A DNA stretch of 64,000 bases. Origin: a bacterium (GTDB lineage: Bacteria; Zhuqueibacterota; Zhuqueibacteria; Oceanimicrobiales; Oceanimicrobiaceae). The notes under the pieces are model-generated. The model was not told the DNA's origin. It ran no database searches and saw only the letters and a program-made list of their open reading frames with translations. Below are positions 39,553 through 49,283 of this stretch, piece by piece. Location of the stretch: the NCBI GenBank assembly GCA_046757025.1, contig JBHHXN010000004.1, positions 28,702 to 92,701 on the forward strand, written 5' to 3'. The position numbers were made by a program, and so were the translations under genes. The stretch's first letter is position 1, and each line of letters begins with the position of its first letter.

Positions 39553-41277
39553 TCACAATCTGCCAGCTAAAATCACCGTCTTTTTTTCCGTCTTCAGAAC
39601 GCCCGACTGTTCATTTAAAGCCTGTAAAAAAACGATGTAAATGCCCATACGCGCTTTCTGAGCCTGGTCATCTCGCCCATCCCAGAGGACAACATGATTT
39701 GATCCGGACGGCTGGTTGTTCAGCAAAAACCGCACAAGCCGGCCGCGTAAATCATAAATTTTGATATTAACCAAGGCCGTGTACAACGGCAGCTCGTAGC
39801 CGATCACTGCAAAATCGTCCTGGCCGTCGCCGTCCGGGGAAAAGGGATTGGGTTCGATGGTTAGAGAGGAGCGAGCCGGTAATATGTCGGTAAACAAGCT
39901 GTTCTGCCTGCCAGGCGTTGCCCCCGAATTGTCCACGCTCGAGCTCCAGTTAGAACCGTGATTGGAAGCGAGCTTGGGATGGATTTTTTCCAGCGAAACT
40001 CCGCGAGCCCCGCCCCATTCATGGTGGTAATCAACCCTATCGACCACTGAACTGGTCAAATCAAACAGCACCACGCTGTCCAAGTCGTTGTTCAGCGCCG
40101 ACCAGTTTTTCAGCACGGCAAATGAGTTTGGCGTCAAAGAATAGAAATCAAGGATGGAGGCATCCTGTGCCAGAACCAAATGCTGGCCTGGAGCAAGCGG
40201 CAAGGAAACGGGCACGCCTATTTTCACAGTGGTGTCGGCGTCGGAAAAACTCCACTGATTTAAATCGATGGCAGTGCTGCTGGTGTTCACAATCTCGATC
40301 CACTCCCCCAAATCGGCCAGCGGTGAATACATGATTTCATTTACGACAACAGACTGCGGCTCATACGCAACCAGCAAATCTCTTGTTGCCAGATTATTTG
40401 CCGGATTCTGATCATTTGCTGAATAAACCAGCACGGCGACGACCTTTCGCCCGGACGCAAACACCTGATAATTGCTGGAAAACTCGACCGAATCCGCAGG
40501 CGCCAGGCTTCCCTGAAAAGTTAGCGGAGCCGATAGCGCCTCATTTGCACTGAACACCGAATCCCCGTCGCTATCTACATAAAACGTCACCTGGAAATCC
40601 GTGACTGGTAGAAGTCCAACATTTTTAACCACCGCTGAGATGGCGACAGATTCACCTTTTTCAACTTGAGGAGGGGTAAAAATGATATCTTTTTCCAAAA
40701 CGGCCAAATCGTAATTCAAAGCGGAAACGCTGTTGCGAGCTCCGGGCGTGCCTAAAATCGTTCTACTGTTGCCCCAGTTTGCAGAAGAATTCGAACCGGT
40801 TAAATCGATTTTTTCATCGGAAATTCCGGCGGCGTTGTCGGTTGAGTAAGTATATTCGGAGACGACGTTTCCCAGAGCATCCAGCACGGAGACCGTTTCC
40901 GGGGTAGAATTGGACAGCCCTCTGCTGCCAAACGTACTGTTGTCAAGCGTTAAAATCAAACAATTCTCGGGGATGAGTTCGTCATAAGTGGATGAATTAT
41001 CAAAATAGGAGGGATCGAGGATTAAACCGAATTGGCCGGGCTTTAAAACCGTGCCCTGATCATGTGCAATTATCGCATCATACCCGCTGCCGTCGCTTAC
41101 CTGCCAGCCGCTCAGGTCCACTGAGTCGGTTACGGACGGGTTAAATATTTCGATGAACTCGTCGTGACTATCGCTGCCGATGGCGTCGAACATAATTTCG
41201 GTTAAAACCACCTGTGAACCTGAAATATCTGCCGTTAAGATCAGGCTGCTCAGAAACGTAAAAATGTATAGTTTCAC
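39553..41277 (-). CDS. Secreted lamin-tail-domain protein with CARDB-like and FlgD/T9SS-type C-terminal domains
   Basis: Two LTD repeats (LTEIMFD..EFIEI; VNEIMY..EWIEI..TPG..NS); 'PNPFSPDGDG..IYDLRG..WDG..GIYIV'. Confidence 0.8.
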   Translation of the reverse strand: MKLYIFTFLSSLILTADISGSQVVLTEIMFDAIGSDSHDEFIEIFNPSVTDSVDLSGWQVSDGSGYDAIIAHDQGTVLKPGQFGLILDPSYFDNSSTYDELIPENCLILTLDNSTFGSRGLSNSTPETVSVLDALGNVVSEYTYSTDNAAGISDEKIDLTGSNSSANWGNSRTILGTPGARNSVSALNYDLAVLEKDIIFTPPQVEKGESVAISAVVKNVGLLPVTDFQVTFYVDSDGDSVFSANEALSAPLTFQGSLAPADSVEFSSNYQVFASGRKVVAVLVYSANDQNPANNLATRDLLVAYEPQSVVVNEIMYSPLADLGEWIEIVNTSSTAIDLNQWSFSDADTTVKIGVPVSLPLAPGQHLVLAQDASILDFYSLTPNSFAVLKNWSALNNDLDSVVLFDLTSSVVDRVDYHHEWGGARGVSLEKIHPKLASNHGSNWSSSVDNSGATPGRQNSLFTDILPARSSLTIEPNPFSPDGDGQDDFAVIGYELPLYTALVNIKIYDLRGRLVRFLLNNQPSGSNHVVLWDGRDDQAQKARMGIYIVFLQALNEQSGVLKTEKKTVILAGRL

Positions 41278-41334
41278 TTTCGCCTACTTCATGTGTAATC
41301 CAATAGTCGATTTGCTGAAATTCAAAAATGAAAT

Positions 41335-41373
41335 AAAAAAAGCGCCTTGAGTCATCACAACTCAAGACGCTTT
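41335..41373 (-). terminator. Intrinsic terminator after the M23 peptidase
   Basis: Minus strand AGCGTCTTGAGT-loop-ACTCAAGGCGCT followed by a T run. Confidence 0.65.
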
Positions 41374-41396
41374 AATTTCAAAATCAAACATACATT

Positions 41397-42317
41397 TCAA
41401 TTTAATATAAACTTCTGCGGATCTTCTTGTCTGCCTTGTTTAATAACTTCATAATGCAGATGTGGGCCCGTGGCTAAGCCGGTCTCTCCCACCAATCCAA
41501 TCGGTTTCCATCTATCGACTTTTTCACCCTTCTGCACCAGAACTTTTGACAGATGACCGTATAATGTTTTTAATCCAAAACCGTGGTCGATGATGATATA
41601 CTTTCCATAGCCTTTATTGACGGTGTAATTGGTTTTTACGGTTTCAACCACACCGGCAGCTGTGGCGAAAACCTCGGTACCGCTTTCGGCGGTGATATCA
41701 ATGCCATTATGATGTCGAATTTTATCGATGATCGGATGCACGCGAAATCCGAATTTATCGCGTATCTGACCGTTGATAAGTGGTTTTATGGATGGCGTAT
41801 GTTTGAGAATGGTTTTGTTTTCTTTTAATTTATTTTTAATCTGTTCGCGGCTAACTTTCGTCAGCTCAATTCTTCTTTCCATTTTATCGAGAATATTCTG
41901 ATAATCAAACACGTGATCTGAAATTTCGTCGGAGACTATGTGCACTTCCGAGTTTACGTTATAAAATCCACCCACACCCACGTCGCGCGTATCCGAATCA
42001 ATGGGCTTTAAATTGGCGATCAGCCGTAAATTATCGTCTTCCTTTTCAATGTTTTGAATCTTCGATTCGATCTGATATACTTTATTTCCCATTTCGGCCA
42101 GTTGTGTTTTGAGCATGCCATTCATTTTTGAAAGGGAAGCAATTTCGATGTTTTCGTAAAAATCGGTGAAAATAGCGATGGTAGCGGATACCAGGAATAA
42201 CATCAACACGAAGGTCGTTAACAACAGCGAAATAAATCTCCCCCAAGATAGTTCAATTTGTTTTGAAGCTGAATCTGTAACCGAAAAATAGATCAATTTT
42301 ACTTTTTTACTATGCAT
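41397..42317 (-). CDS. M23 family metallopeptidase
   Basis: TM + coiled coil; HNGID, YGHLS, TGPHLHYEV. Confidence 0.93.
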   Translation of the reverse strand: MHSKKVKLIYFSVTDSASKQIELSWGRFISLLLTTFVLMLFLVSATIAIFTDFYENIEIASLSKMNGMLKTQLAEMGNKVYQIESKIQNIEKEDDNLRLIANLKPIDSDTRDVGVGGFYNVNSEVHIVSDEISDHVFDYQNILDKMERRIELTKVSREQIKNKLKENKTILKHTPSIKPLINGQIRDKFGFRVHPIIDKIRHHNGIDITAESGTEVFATAAGVVETVKTNYTVNKGYGKYIIIDHGFGLKTLYGHLSKVLVQKGEKVDRWKPIGLVGETGLATGPHLHYEVIKQGRQEDPQKFILN

Positions 42318-42613
42318 GGTTCAAAACCCTTCCTCATTAAGTAAATCTGAAAGAACATTCAACCTCATGTGTCAGTTCGGATCGGAGTTGTGTAAAAAAT
42401 AAAATTTGGCTAAATAGCTTGATTTCCACAAAAGCTATCTTAAATAAAATACCTAATGTTTCCTCGAGTAAAGGTAGGACTATCTGAAGACACTTATTTC
42501 GTTAGCAATTTAATAAATTTCTTGCGGTTTGTCAAGAAAAAAATAAATTTAACTGCAATAAATTAACTTTATTTACTATATATAGGGAATTTTTACTTAA
42601 AAAAGCGGATTTA

Positions 42614-43462
42614 TCACCCCAAAAAACCTTTTAAGGGTGAGCTTCTGGAAGAGTGCCGCAATCTTTTTATGGCTTTGACTTTAATTTGACGAACGCGTTC
42701 CCGCGTCAAATTAAAGCGTGCGCCAATCTCTTCCAGCGTCATGGAGTGCTCCTGCTCCAGACCAAAATAGAGTTTTATGACATCGGCTTCCCGACTCGGT
42801 AAATCCTGCAAGATTTCTTCGATTTCGATTTTCAGTGATTCATCCATTAAAATGTTGTCCGGCGAGGGCTGTTCATCGTTTTGCAGCACATCCAAAAGAC
42901 GACTCTCGGCATCCTGATTTAACGGGGCATCCAGGGATACCTGTTTGCTGGACATCTTGAGGGCATCGATGATCTCAAGAGAGGTCATTTTCAACTCTTC
43001 GGCAATTTCAGACGCCGATGGTTCGCGCTCAAATTCTTGTTCAAGGGAGTTGAACACTTTGCCGATTTTGTTGAGTGCTCCCACGCGATTTAACGGCAAG
43101 CGTACCACCCGCGATTGCTCCGCAAGCGCCTGTAAAATGGATTGCTTTATCCACCATACCGCATACGAAATAAACTTGAATCCCCGTGTCACATCAAACC
43201 GGTAGGCCGCTTTGATCAGTCCCAAATTGCCTTCGTTGATTAAATCCCCAAGCGACAAACCCTGGTTCTGATAATTTTTAGCCACACTCACCACAAAACG
43301 CAAATTCGCTTTGGTGATTTTATCGAGCGCATCCATGTCTCCGCTTTGAGCCTTCTTCGCCAAGGCAACTTCCTCCTCCGGCTTCAAGAGTGGAACTTCG
43401 CTTATTTCTTGAAGATATCTTTCTAAGAATTGTTCCGAACGGAAATTTCTTGACACTCTCAT
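42614..43462 (-). CDS. RNA polymerase sigma-70 factor, RpoD/SigA family (short form)
   Basis: [45 protein letters not shown]. Confidence 0.95.
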   Translation of the reverse strand: MRVSRNFRSEQFLERYLQEISEVPLLKPEEEVALAKKAQSGDMDALDKITKANLRFVVSVAKNYQNQGLSLGDLINEGNLGLIKAAYRFDVTRGFKFISYAVWWIKQSILQALAEQSRVVRLPLNRVGALNKIGKVFNSLEQEFEREPSASEIAEELKMTSLEIIDALKMSSKQVSLDAPLNQDAESRLLDVLQNDEQPSPDNILMDESLKIEIEEILQDLPSREADVIKLYFGLEQEHSMTLEEIGARFNLTRERVRQIKVKAIKRLRHSSRSSPLKGFLG

Positions 43463-44101
43463 AACTTACGACTGTTCATTTAGTGACACCGAAATGGATG
43501 TGAGAAGACAATTCTCGCAGGTGAAATTACCCAAAACTGCCGGTAAAAATCAGGCCTTCGCTTTTAACAGAAAGAGCGAAATAAGTGTTAACAATTTATG
43601 GATTTCAACTTGATGAATTGGCGTATTTTAATAATAATTACAATATAAGGTGTGAAGTGAAGAAATTTAATTTTAAATTTCAACGAGAATATAACAATTT
43701 ACCAATAAGTTGTCAACAAATTATTAATCAACTCATTAATTTTTTTCGGCATTCTTCCATGGCTTCGGCGTTCACGGTATTTCACATTTTGGCTGCAGCC
43801 GAAGCCGCGCTGCGTGCCTCGAAGCTGATAGACGTGGGTTCCCACACAGAACGGAACCTATTAGACTGAAATGGGCGTCTGGCGCCTCGTACATCCCACT
43901 GAATTTATATCACTATTTTTAACCAACTGATTTCAATCTTTGTCGCCTTATTCATCCTGACAGAGAGTTAGCACGATTTGCCCTCTCGAAATGATCCGGA
44001 ACGATTTTATTGATCACTTTCTTATTGCACATCTTAAGCCGTTTTATTATATTTACCCGATTTTAAATCAGGCTCCCTTAGCAAAATTAGAATTCATTTA
44101 C

Positions 44102-44506
44102 GTGAAAAAATCAGACATATTAACCGAAAAACGGTTGCGCCATCTTGAAGAATTCGTAGCTGAAATTACAATCGCTGATTTAAAGCGAAAAATAAATAAC
44201 GGTGAAAAATTCATCTTGATAGACGTTTCCCATCGCGAAGATTTCAACAAAAGCCACCTTGAAGGCGCAGTCAACTTAAATTTAGGCGTAATTTCCGAAA
44301 GCGCAGAAATCCAATTCCATAAATATCAGCAAATCATTGTGACCTGCCAGAATGCCGATTCCATTGCCGGCAAGCGGGCTGTGCAATTGCTGCAGCGGGC
44401 TGGTTTCACGAATGCACTGCTTTTAAAGGGGGGTAAGCAGGACTGGCAGAATGCCGGTCTGCCAATTCTGGAATTTACCGAAGACACGAATTCATCTGAT
44501 GAATGA
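44102..44506 (+). CDS. Rhodanese-like domain protein
   Basis: LIDV..F..HLEGA, IIVTC, LKGG..W; start uncertain (GTG 44102 or ATG 43991). Confidence 0.8.
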   Translation: MKKSDILTEKRLRHLEEFVAEITIADLKRKINNGEKFILIDVSHREDFNKSHLEGAVNLNLGVISESAEIQFHKYQQIIVTCQNADSIAGKRAVQLLQRAGFTNALLLKGGKQDWQNAGLPILEFTEDTNSSDE

Positions 44507-44512
44507 AAGCAA

Positions 44513-44884
44513 ATGATCAAAATTAAAAATATTTACGAAATGGCGGAAGACGATGACGGCCAAAGGATTTATGTGGAGTTGTTCTGGCCTGAAGGTTTAA
44601 ATACACGTGAAGCCCGAATCGATGAATGGCTACCGGAAATAAGTCCGTCTTATGAATTACAGAGGTTCCGTTCAGATTCTTCGGAGTGGCAAAAGTACAA
44701 ATCCCATTATCGAGATGAATTGATGAACGATGTCGATAGACGCAAAAAGCTCGAAGAGTTAGCTCGAAAATCGGAAAACGAAACCATCACATTTTTATAT
44801 GGAAATAAAAATCCGGATAAAAATCATGCCATCATTTTAAAAGAGTTGATCGAAGATTTTTTAATAAACAACAATAATCACTAA
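44513..44884 (+). CDS. DUF488 / YeaO family protein
   Basis: IKIKNIYE..DDGQRIYVE..WPEG..DEWLPEISPS..TFLY..NHA. Confidence 0.85.
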   Translation: MIKIKNIYEMAEDDDGQRIYVELFWPEGLNTREARIDEWLPEISPSYELQRFRSDSSEWQKYKSHYRDELMNDVDRRKKLEELARKSENETITFLYGNKNPDKNHAIILKELIEDFLINNNNH

Positions 44885-44885
44885 A

Positions 44886-45019
44886 TAGTAATGGACCGAA
44901 AACGGCCTGTCCTGTCATTTCTGCATGTTTTAAGCAGGAATCTCCTGTCTAAATCAGAGGATTCCGGCACAAAATAATGCCGGAATGACAGCTCCGAAGG
45001 AGTTTTCGGTCAAGCACTA
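44886..45019. repeat. TIR-bounded REP-doublet element
   Basis: TAGTAATGGACCGAAAAC / GTTTTCGGTCAAGCACTA ends; internal GTCATTTCTGC..GCAGGAATC and GATTCCGGCA..TGCCGGAATGAC. Confidence 0.75.
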
Positions 45020-45043
45020 AATAGAAGGCGTTAAGGAGCGGTT

Positions 45044-46033
45044 ATGCCACAAAAATCATTCAAAGTTTATGTTACGAGAGTCATCCCAGAACCGGGGTTG
45101 GATATTTTGAGACAACATATCAAGGAGCTGGAAATCAATAGCGCAGATCACATTTTAAGCCGAAAAGAGCTGCTGGAAAAAGTTCAGGGCCGGCACGGAC
45201 TGCTCACCCTGCTCACCGAACGCATCGATGGCGAGGTCATGGATACCGCAGGCAAGCAGCTAAAAATCATCGCCAACCATGCGGTGGGATTCGATAATAT
45301 CGATCTCCCGGCGGCCACCGAGCGTGGCATCCTGGTAACCAACACGCCGGGCGTGCTGACCGAGGCCACAGCGGACCACGCCATGGCGTTGCTGCTGGCG
45401 GTTTCACGACGCATCGTGGAATCCGATAAATTCACTCGCGCAGGAAAATACCACGGCTGGGGGCCCATGATGTTTTTAGGCGGAGACATCACTGGCCGGA
45501 CGCTCGGCATTGTGGGCGCGGGTCGGATTGGATCGGCCGTGGCAGAAAAAGCGCGCGGTTTTCAGATGCGCATTCTTTACACCGATCAAATGCCAAATCC
45601 AAAACTCGAACAAGCCACCGGCGCCGAAAAAGTAACATTCGAGTATTTGCTAAAAGAATCGGATTTCATCTCGATTCACGTACCGCTTCTTGAAAGCACC
45701 CACCATCTTTTCAATGAGCAGGCATTCAAAACCATAAAAAAAACGGCCTATGTGGTCAACACCTCTCGCGGGCCGGTGATTGACGAAGGCGCGCTGGTGA
45801 ACGCTCTGAAAACCGGAGAAATCGCCGGCGCCGGTATCGACGTTTACGAGGAAGAGCCGAAAATTCATCCGGAATTGATCGAGCTGGAAAACGCGGTGTT
45901 AACCCCGCACATCGCCAGCGCCACCATCGAAACCAGAACCAAAATGGCCACCATGGCCGCTCAAAATTTAGTGGACGGGTTACAGGGCAAAACGCCGGCG
46001 AATCTGTTGAATCCAGAAGTGCTGAAAAGGTAA
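45044..46033 (+). CDS. gyaR: D-2-hydroxyacid dehydrogenase (glyoxylate reductase / D-glycerate dehydrogenase)
   Basis: AVGFDNID, TNTPGVLT, GAGRIG, NTSRGPV, DVYEEEP, PHIAS. Confidence 0.9.
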   Translation: MPQKSFKVYVTRVIPEPGLDILRQHIKELEINSADHILSRKELLEKVQGRHGLLTLLTERIDGEVMDTAGKQLKIIANHAVGFDNIDLPAATERGILVTNTPGVLTEATADHAMALLLAVSRRIVESDKFTRAGKYHGWGPMMFLGGDITGRTLGIVGAGRIGSAVAEKARGFQMRILYTDQMPNPKLEQATGAEKVTFEYLLKESDFISIHVPLLESTHHLFNEQAFKTIKKTAYVVNTSRGPVIDEGALVNALKTGEIAGAGIDVYEEEPKIHPELIELENAVLTPHIASATIETRTKMATMAAQNLVDGLQGKTPANLLNPEVLKR

Positions 46034-46175
46034 AAATTGTCCACTTCAAAAAGTCGTGAGTTTTTAATAAATAAGTTATTTGCACGAATGATTTTGGTCA
46101 CGCACCATTTGAAAATTACAAAACTAACCTACTGAAAATGATTCACAATCAAACACAGAGAAAGGAAAATCAACC

Positions 46176-47081
46176 TTGGGTTTTTTGAACAAGCTGGTGG
46201 TCTGGACGCTTCCTTTTGTACCCAAATTTTTTGTGGGACAGGTTTCCCGCCGCTACATTGCCGGGCCTACTCTGGACCACGCCGTGAGCGTGGTGAAAAA
46301 ATTGAATACGGCAGGTTGTTGTGCCACACTAGATGTTCTGGGAGAGCACATCCACAATAAGGGGGACGCGGAAAAGGCGGTTCAGCAATATTTAATCGCG
46401 CTGGATAGAATTCACCAGGAAAAACTGGATGCCAACATTTCCGTGAAACTCACCATGCTGGGATTAAAATTGGGATTCGATTTCTGTCTGCAAAATGTTC
46501 GTAAGCTGGTTGAACACGCAGAGCAGCTGAAAAATTTTGTACGCATCGACATGGAAGATTCCTCCTGCACTTCCGACACGCTTAAAATTTACCACACCCT
46601 AAAACAGGATTTCGACAACGTGGGCTTCGTCATTCAGGCCTACATGCGCCGCAGCCTGCAGGATATCCGGGCGCAGGCGAACCGCCATGCAAAAATCAAT
46701 GTCCGCTTGTGCAAAGGCATCTACAACGAACCGCGGGAAATTGCTTACAAAGACAAAGAGATCATCAATTGGAATTTCACCCAGTTGCTGCATGAATTGC
46801 TCAGCAACGGCCATTACGCCGGCATCGCCACCCACGACGAAAAACTGGTGTGGGAAGCCTACAAGCTAATCGACAAGCTGAAATTAAAAAAGGATGATTT
46901 TGAATTCCAGATGCTGCTGGGAGTGGATGAAGAGCTGCGAAATCTGATTCTGAAAGACGGGTACAAACTACGGGTGTATGTACCGTTTGGCCAGCAATGG
47001 TATGAGTATTCCACCCGGCGCCTGAAGGAAAATCCCCAGGTTGCCGGTCACATCATCAAAAACTTTTTTCGAATTAAGTAA
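46176..47081 (+). CDS. Proline dehydrogenase (monofunctional)
   Basis: RIDMEDS, QAYMRR, VRLCKGIY, ATHD, EFQMLLG, YVPFG..RRLKENP. Confidence 0.93.
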   Translation: MGFLNKLVVWTLPFVPKFFVGQVSRRYIAGPTLDHAVSVVKKLNTAGCCATLDVLGEHIHNKGDAEKAVQQYLIALDRIHQEKLDANISVKLTMLGLKLGFDFCLQNVRKLVEHAEQLKNFVRIDMEDSSCTSDTLKIYHTLKQDFDNVGFVIQAYMRRSLQDIRAQANRHAKINVRLCKGIYNEPREIAYKDKEIINWNFTQLLHELLSNGHYAGIATHDEKLVWEAYKLIDKLKLKKDDFEFQMLLGVDEELRNLILKDGYKLRVYVPFGQQWYEYSTRRLKENPQVAGHIIKNFFRIK

Positions 47082-47083
47082 TC

Positions 47084-47355
47084 ACAAGACTATTGTAACA
47101 ATCCAGATGAAACATGTCATTGCGAGGAGTCCACTCTAATTCCAATATTCTAGAATTAAAGTTGCGGGACGACGAAGCAATCTCCAGCCTGATTATCAGG
47201 AGATTGCTTTGCTCTCCCGCTCAACGGGATCGCTTTCATGGACAGGTCACCTGTCCTGTTTTGGAAAAATGACCAAAGGTCATCAAAAGCTTGCATTGAT
47301 ATGCAGTCCACAGCCACTATTTACAACACGGTACCAATTTTTACAATAGTCTTGT
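47084..47355. repeat. TIR-bounded REP-doublet element (GTCATTGCGAG..GAAGCAATCT type)
   Basis: Perfect 15-bp inverted ends ACAAGACTATTGTAA / TTACAATAGTCTTGT. Confidence 0.75.
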
Positions 47356-47670
47356 AATCAGTTATAAATCATCGTGGCTTATCCCAAAATCGAGAAGCTT
47401 TCAAAACCATATTCACACGGGCTTCGCACCTCAACGCTCCCTCATTTGACCCCTCCTGTGGAGAAAATTCAAAGTAACTTTTGCACCAAATGTTCGTTCA
47501 TGTAAATTATCAGCCGCATCAATGAAATATTCTACGTGGATTGCTGGTTTCCAAGTATATCACATTGACTTGATTTAAAGGGAGAGATAAACACCTTTCA
47601 AGCAAATCTGATAGATTTTAACCCATTCAGGTGTCTATAAAATAGAAGTGCTTTTTTAAATACAGAGGTC

Positions 47671-47708
47671 AAAAAAAAGCTCGTTGAAAGCGGCACCTTT
47701 CAACGAGC
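47671..47708 (-). terminator. Intrinsic terminator
   Basis: Perfect 12-bp stem, 6-nt loop, 8 T residues on the minus strand. Confidence 0.8.
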
Positions 47709-47742
47709 AGAAGTAAAAGGTTTGGATAGCCCTTCTACATAC
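47671..47742 (-). ncRNA. Candidate small regulatory RNA (~70 nt)
   Basis: Upstream TTGACA-N17-TATATT (47777-47749); ends in a 12-bp hairpin GCTCGTTGAAAG/CTTTCAACGAGC + T8; no minus-strand gene feeds it. Confidence 0.55.
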
Positions 47743-47838
47743 AACTCGAATATAAAATTTCCTGGCTCGATTGTCAAAGACATTTTCGCGCTATCCTGCA
47801 TTTACTTCGCTGTACCAATTCGGAAAGGATAGCCAATC

Positions 47839-48783
47839 ATGGATTTAAATATTAAATTTAATCACTTGATGATCGAGTGGGCAGCGGCCTTGAGTATTTT
47901 ACTCACCTTGTTTGCCCGTCCTATCTCAATCCGTTCCGCCCCAAGCGGCAACCTCTTAGATAAACCGAACTACTTTTTTGAATTTCTGACTTTTCGGGGA
48001 GAAAACGACTCCACTACCTTTTTGGAAATTTTCTGTCAAATACCGGTACAGGATTTTTACTTCGAACGAAGCGGCAGCGGTTACTGCGCCAATTACAACC
48101 TCTCAATTTGCCTGTTTGACAGCCAGAATAACAAAACAGCCTGGGAATTTTACAGCGATTCGGTTCATGTGCAGCATTTAGATGACTTCGCACAACTTGT
48201 ACCTCATGTCATTTATTTTCCATTCCAGCTCAAAGCGGGCGAATACACTGCTAAAGTCAGAATCACTGATTTAGAAAAGCTGTCCATCATCAAATTCAGA
48301 AAAGACATCTCCATTCCGGATTATGATCAACCCACACTCAGGTTGAGCGCTTTGCAGGTGGCGTCGATGATGGTATCGTCTGACGACCCTTCTTTTCTGG
48401 TCAAAAACAAAATGAAAATCAGTCCCAATGTGGATCACAGATTTGGATTGAACCACAAAAAACTATTTATCTATTCCGAAATATACAATTTGAGCTATTT
48501 GGACAATGACCGCAACCGCGATTTTGAAGTGAGTTTTAAAATAAGAAATTATTCTGGTCGGGTGGTAAAATCCATGAGATTCGACCAACCCAAATTAGCG
48601 AGTGCCAGTTTTTTAAGATTAGCCATTCCCATCGCCAATCTCAATGAAGGCAAATATGAATTGAGCGTCCAGATTTTAGATCGGGACAGCAAACAAAGCA
48701 CACAAAGATCAACCTATTTTTATATTCACAATCAACCGATGCATCTGGTGGAAAGTTTCTTTTTTTCAAGATATCTGAATTAA
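47839..48783 (+). CDS. Exported hypothetical protein (beta-sandwich, resembles N-terminal regions of GWxTD-domain proteins)
   Basis: Signal-like N-terminus; 'GEYTAKVRITD', 'IYSEIYNL', 'GKYELSVQILD'; AAAGGA RBS. Confidence 0.6.
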   Translation: MDLNIKFNHLMIEWAAALSILLTLFARPISIRSAPSGNLLDKPNYFFEFLTFRGENDSTTFLEIFCQIPVQDFYFERSGSGYCANYNLSICLFDSQNNKTAWEFYSDSVHVQHLDDFAQLVPHVIYFPFQLKAGEYTAKVRITDLEKLSIIKFRKDISIPDYDQPTLRLSALQVASMMVSSDDPSFLVKNKMKISPNVDHRFGLNHKKLFIYSEIYNLSYLDNDRNRDFEVSFKIRNYSGRVVKSMRFDQPKLASASFLRLAIPIANLNEGKYELSVQILDRDSKQSTQRSTYFYIHNQPMHLVESFFFSRYLN

Positions 48784-49283
48784 AATTAAACGACTGTTTC
48801 TAATCACCTTTCGATAAATCGCTTCAACTAAGTTCGGGTTTTCTACTACCTGAAAATTATCAGTAGAAACTGTATTAAACCAAACCTATTCGTTAGGCAT
48901 ATTCAAAAATAAGGCAGCATCCTTTATTTTTAAACTACTACCTTTGTTCGTGTTAGCCCCGCCCGTGCAAATTTGAACTTGACATTGTAAGTCTAAATCT
49001 TTAGTTTATATTCAGTAATTCATTTCTCGTATTCAGATAGATTCCAAAAATTTTAATTTCACTGCAAAGGCTATTTCGATTTAGAAATAATAGATTCAAA
49101 ACCTTTATACAGACAGCTGGATGAAAATAAACTGATGCCAGGGAAGGTGAGAAGGAAATCACAAATTCTAAAATAATAAATCTCAATCACAATGATATAT
49201 CGGCAACACTTTGTCGATGTTTGACCCTTGGTGTAACAAAGCCTCTGACAACTCAATAAAAATTCAGCTTCAACTGTCCTGTA

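Noticed and set aside
43585..43869. 94-aa ORF upstream of the sigma factor
   Set aside because: Low-complexity AT-rich translation crossing a structured patch; no RBS or motifs.
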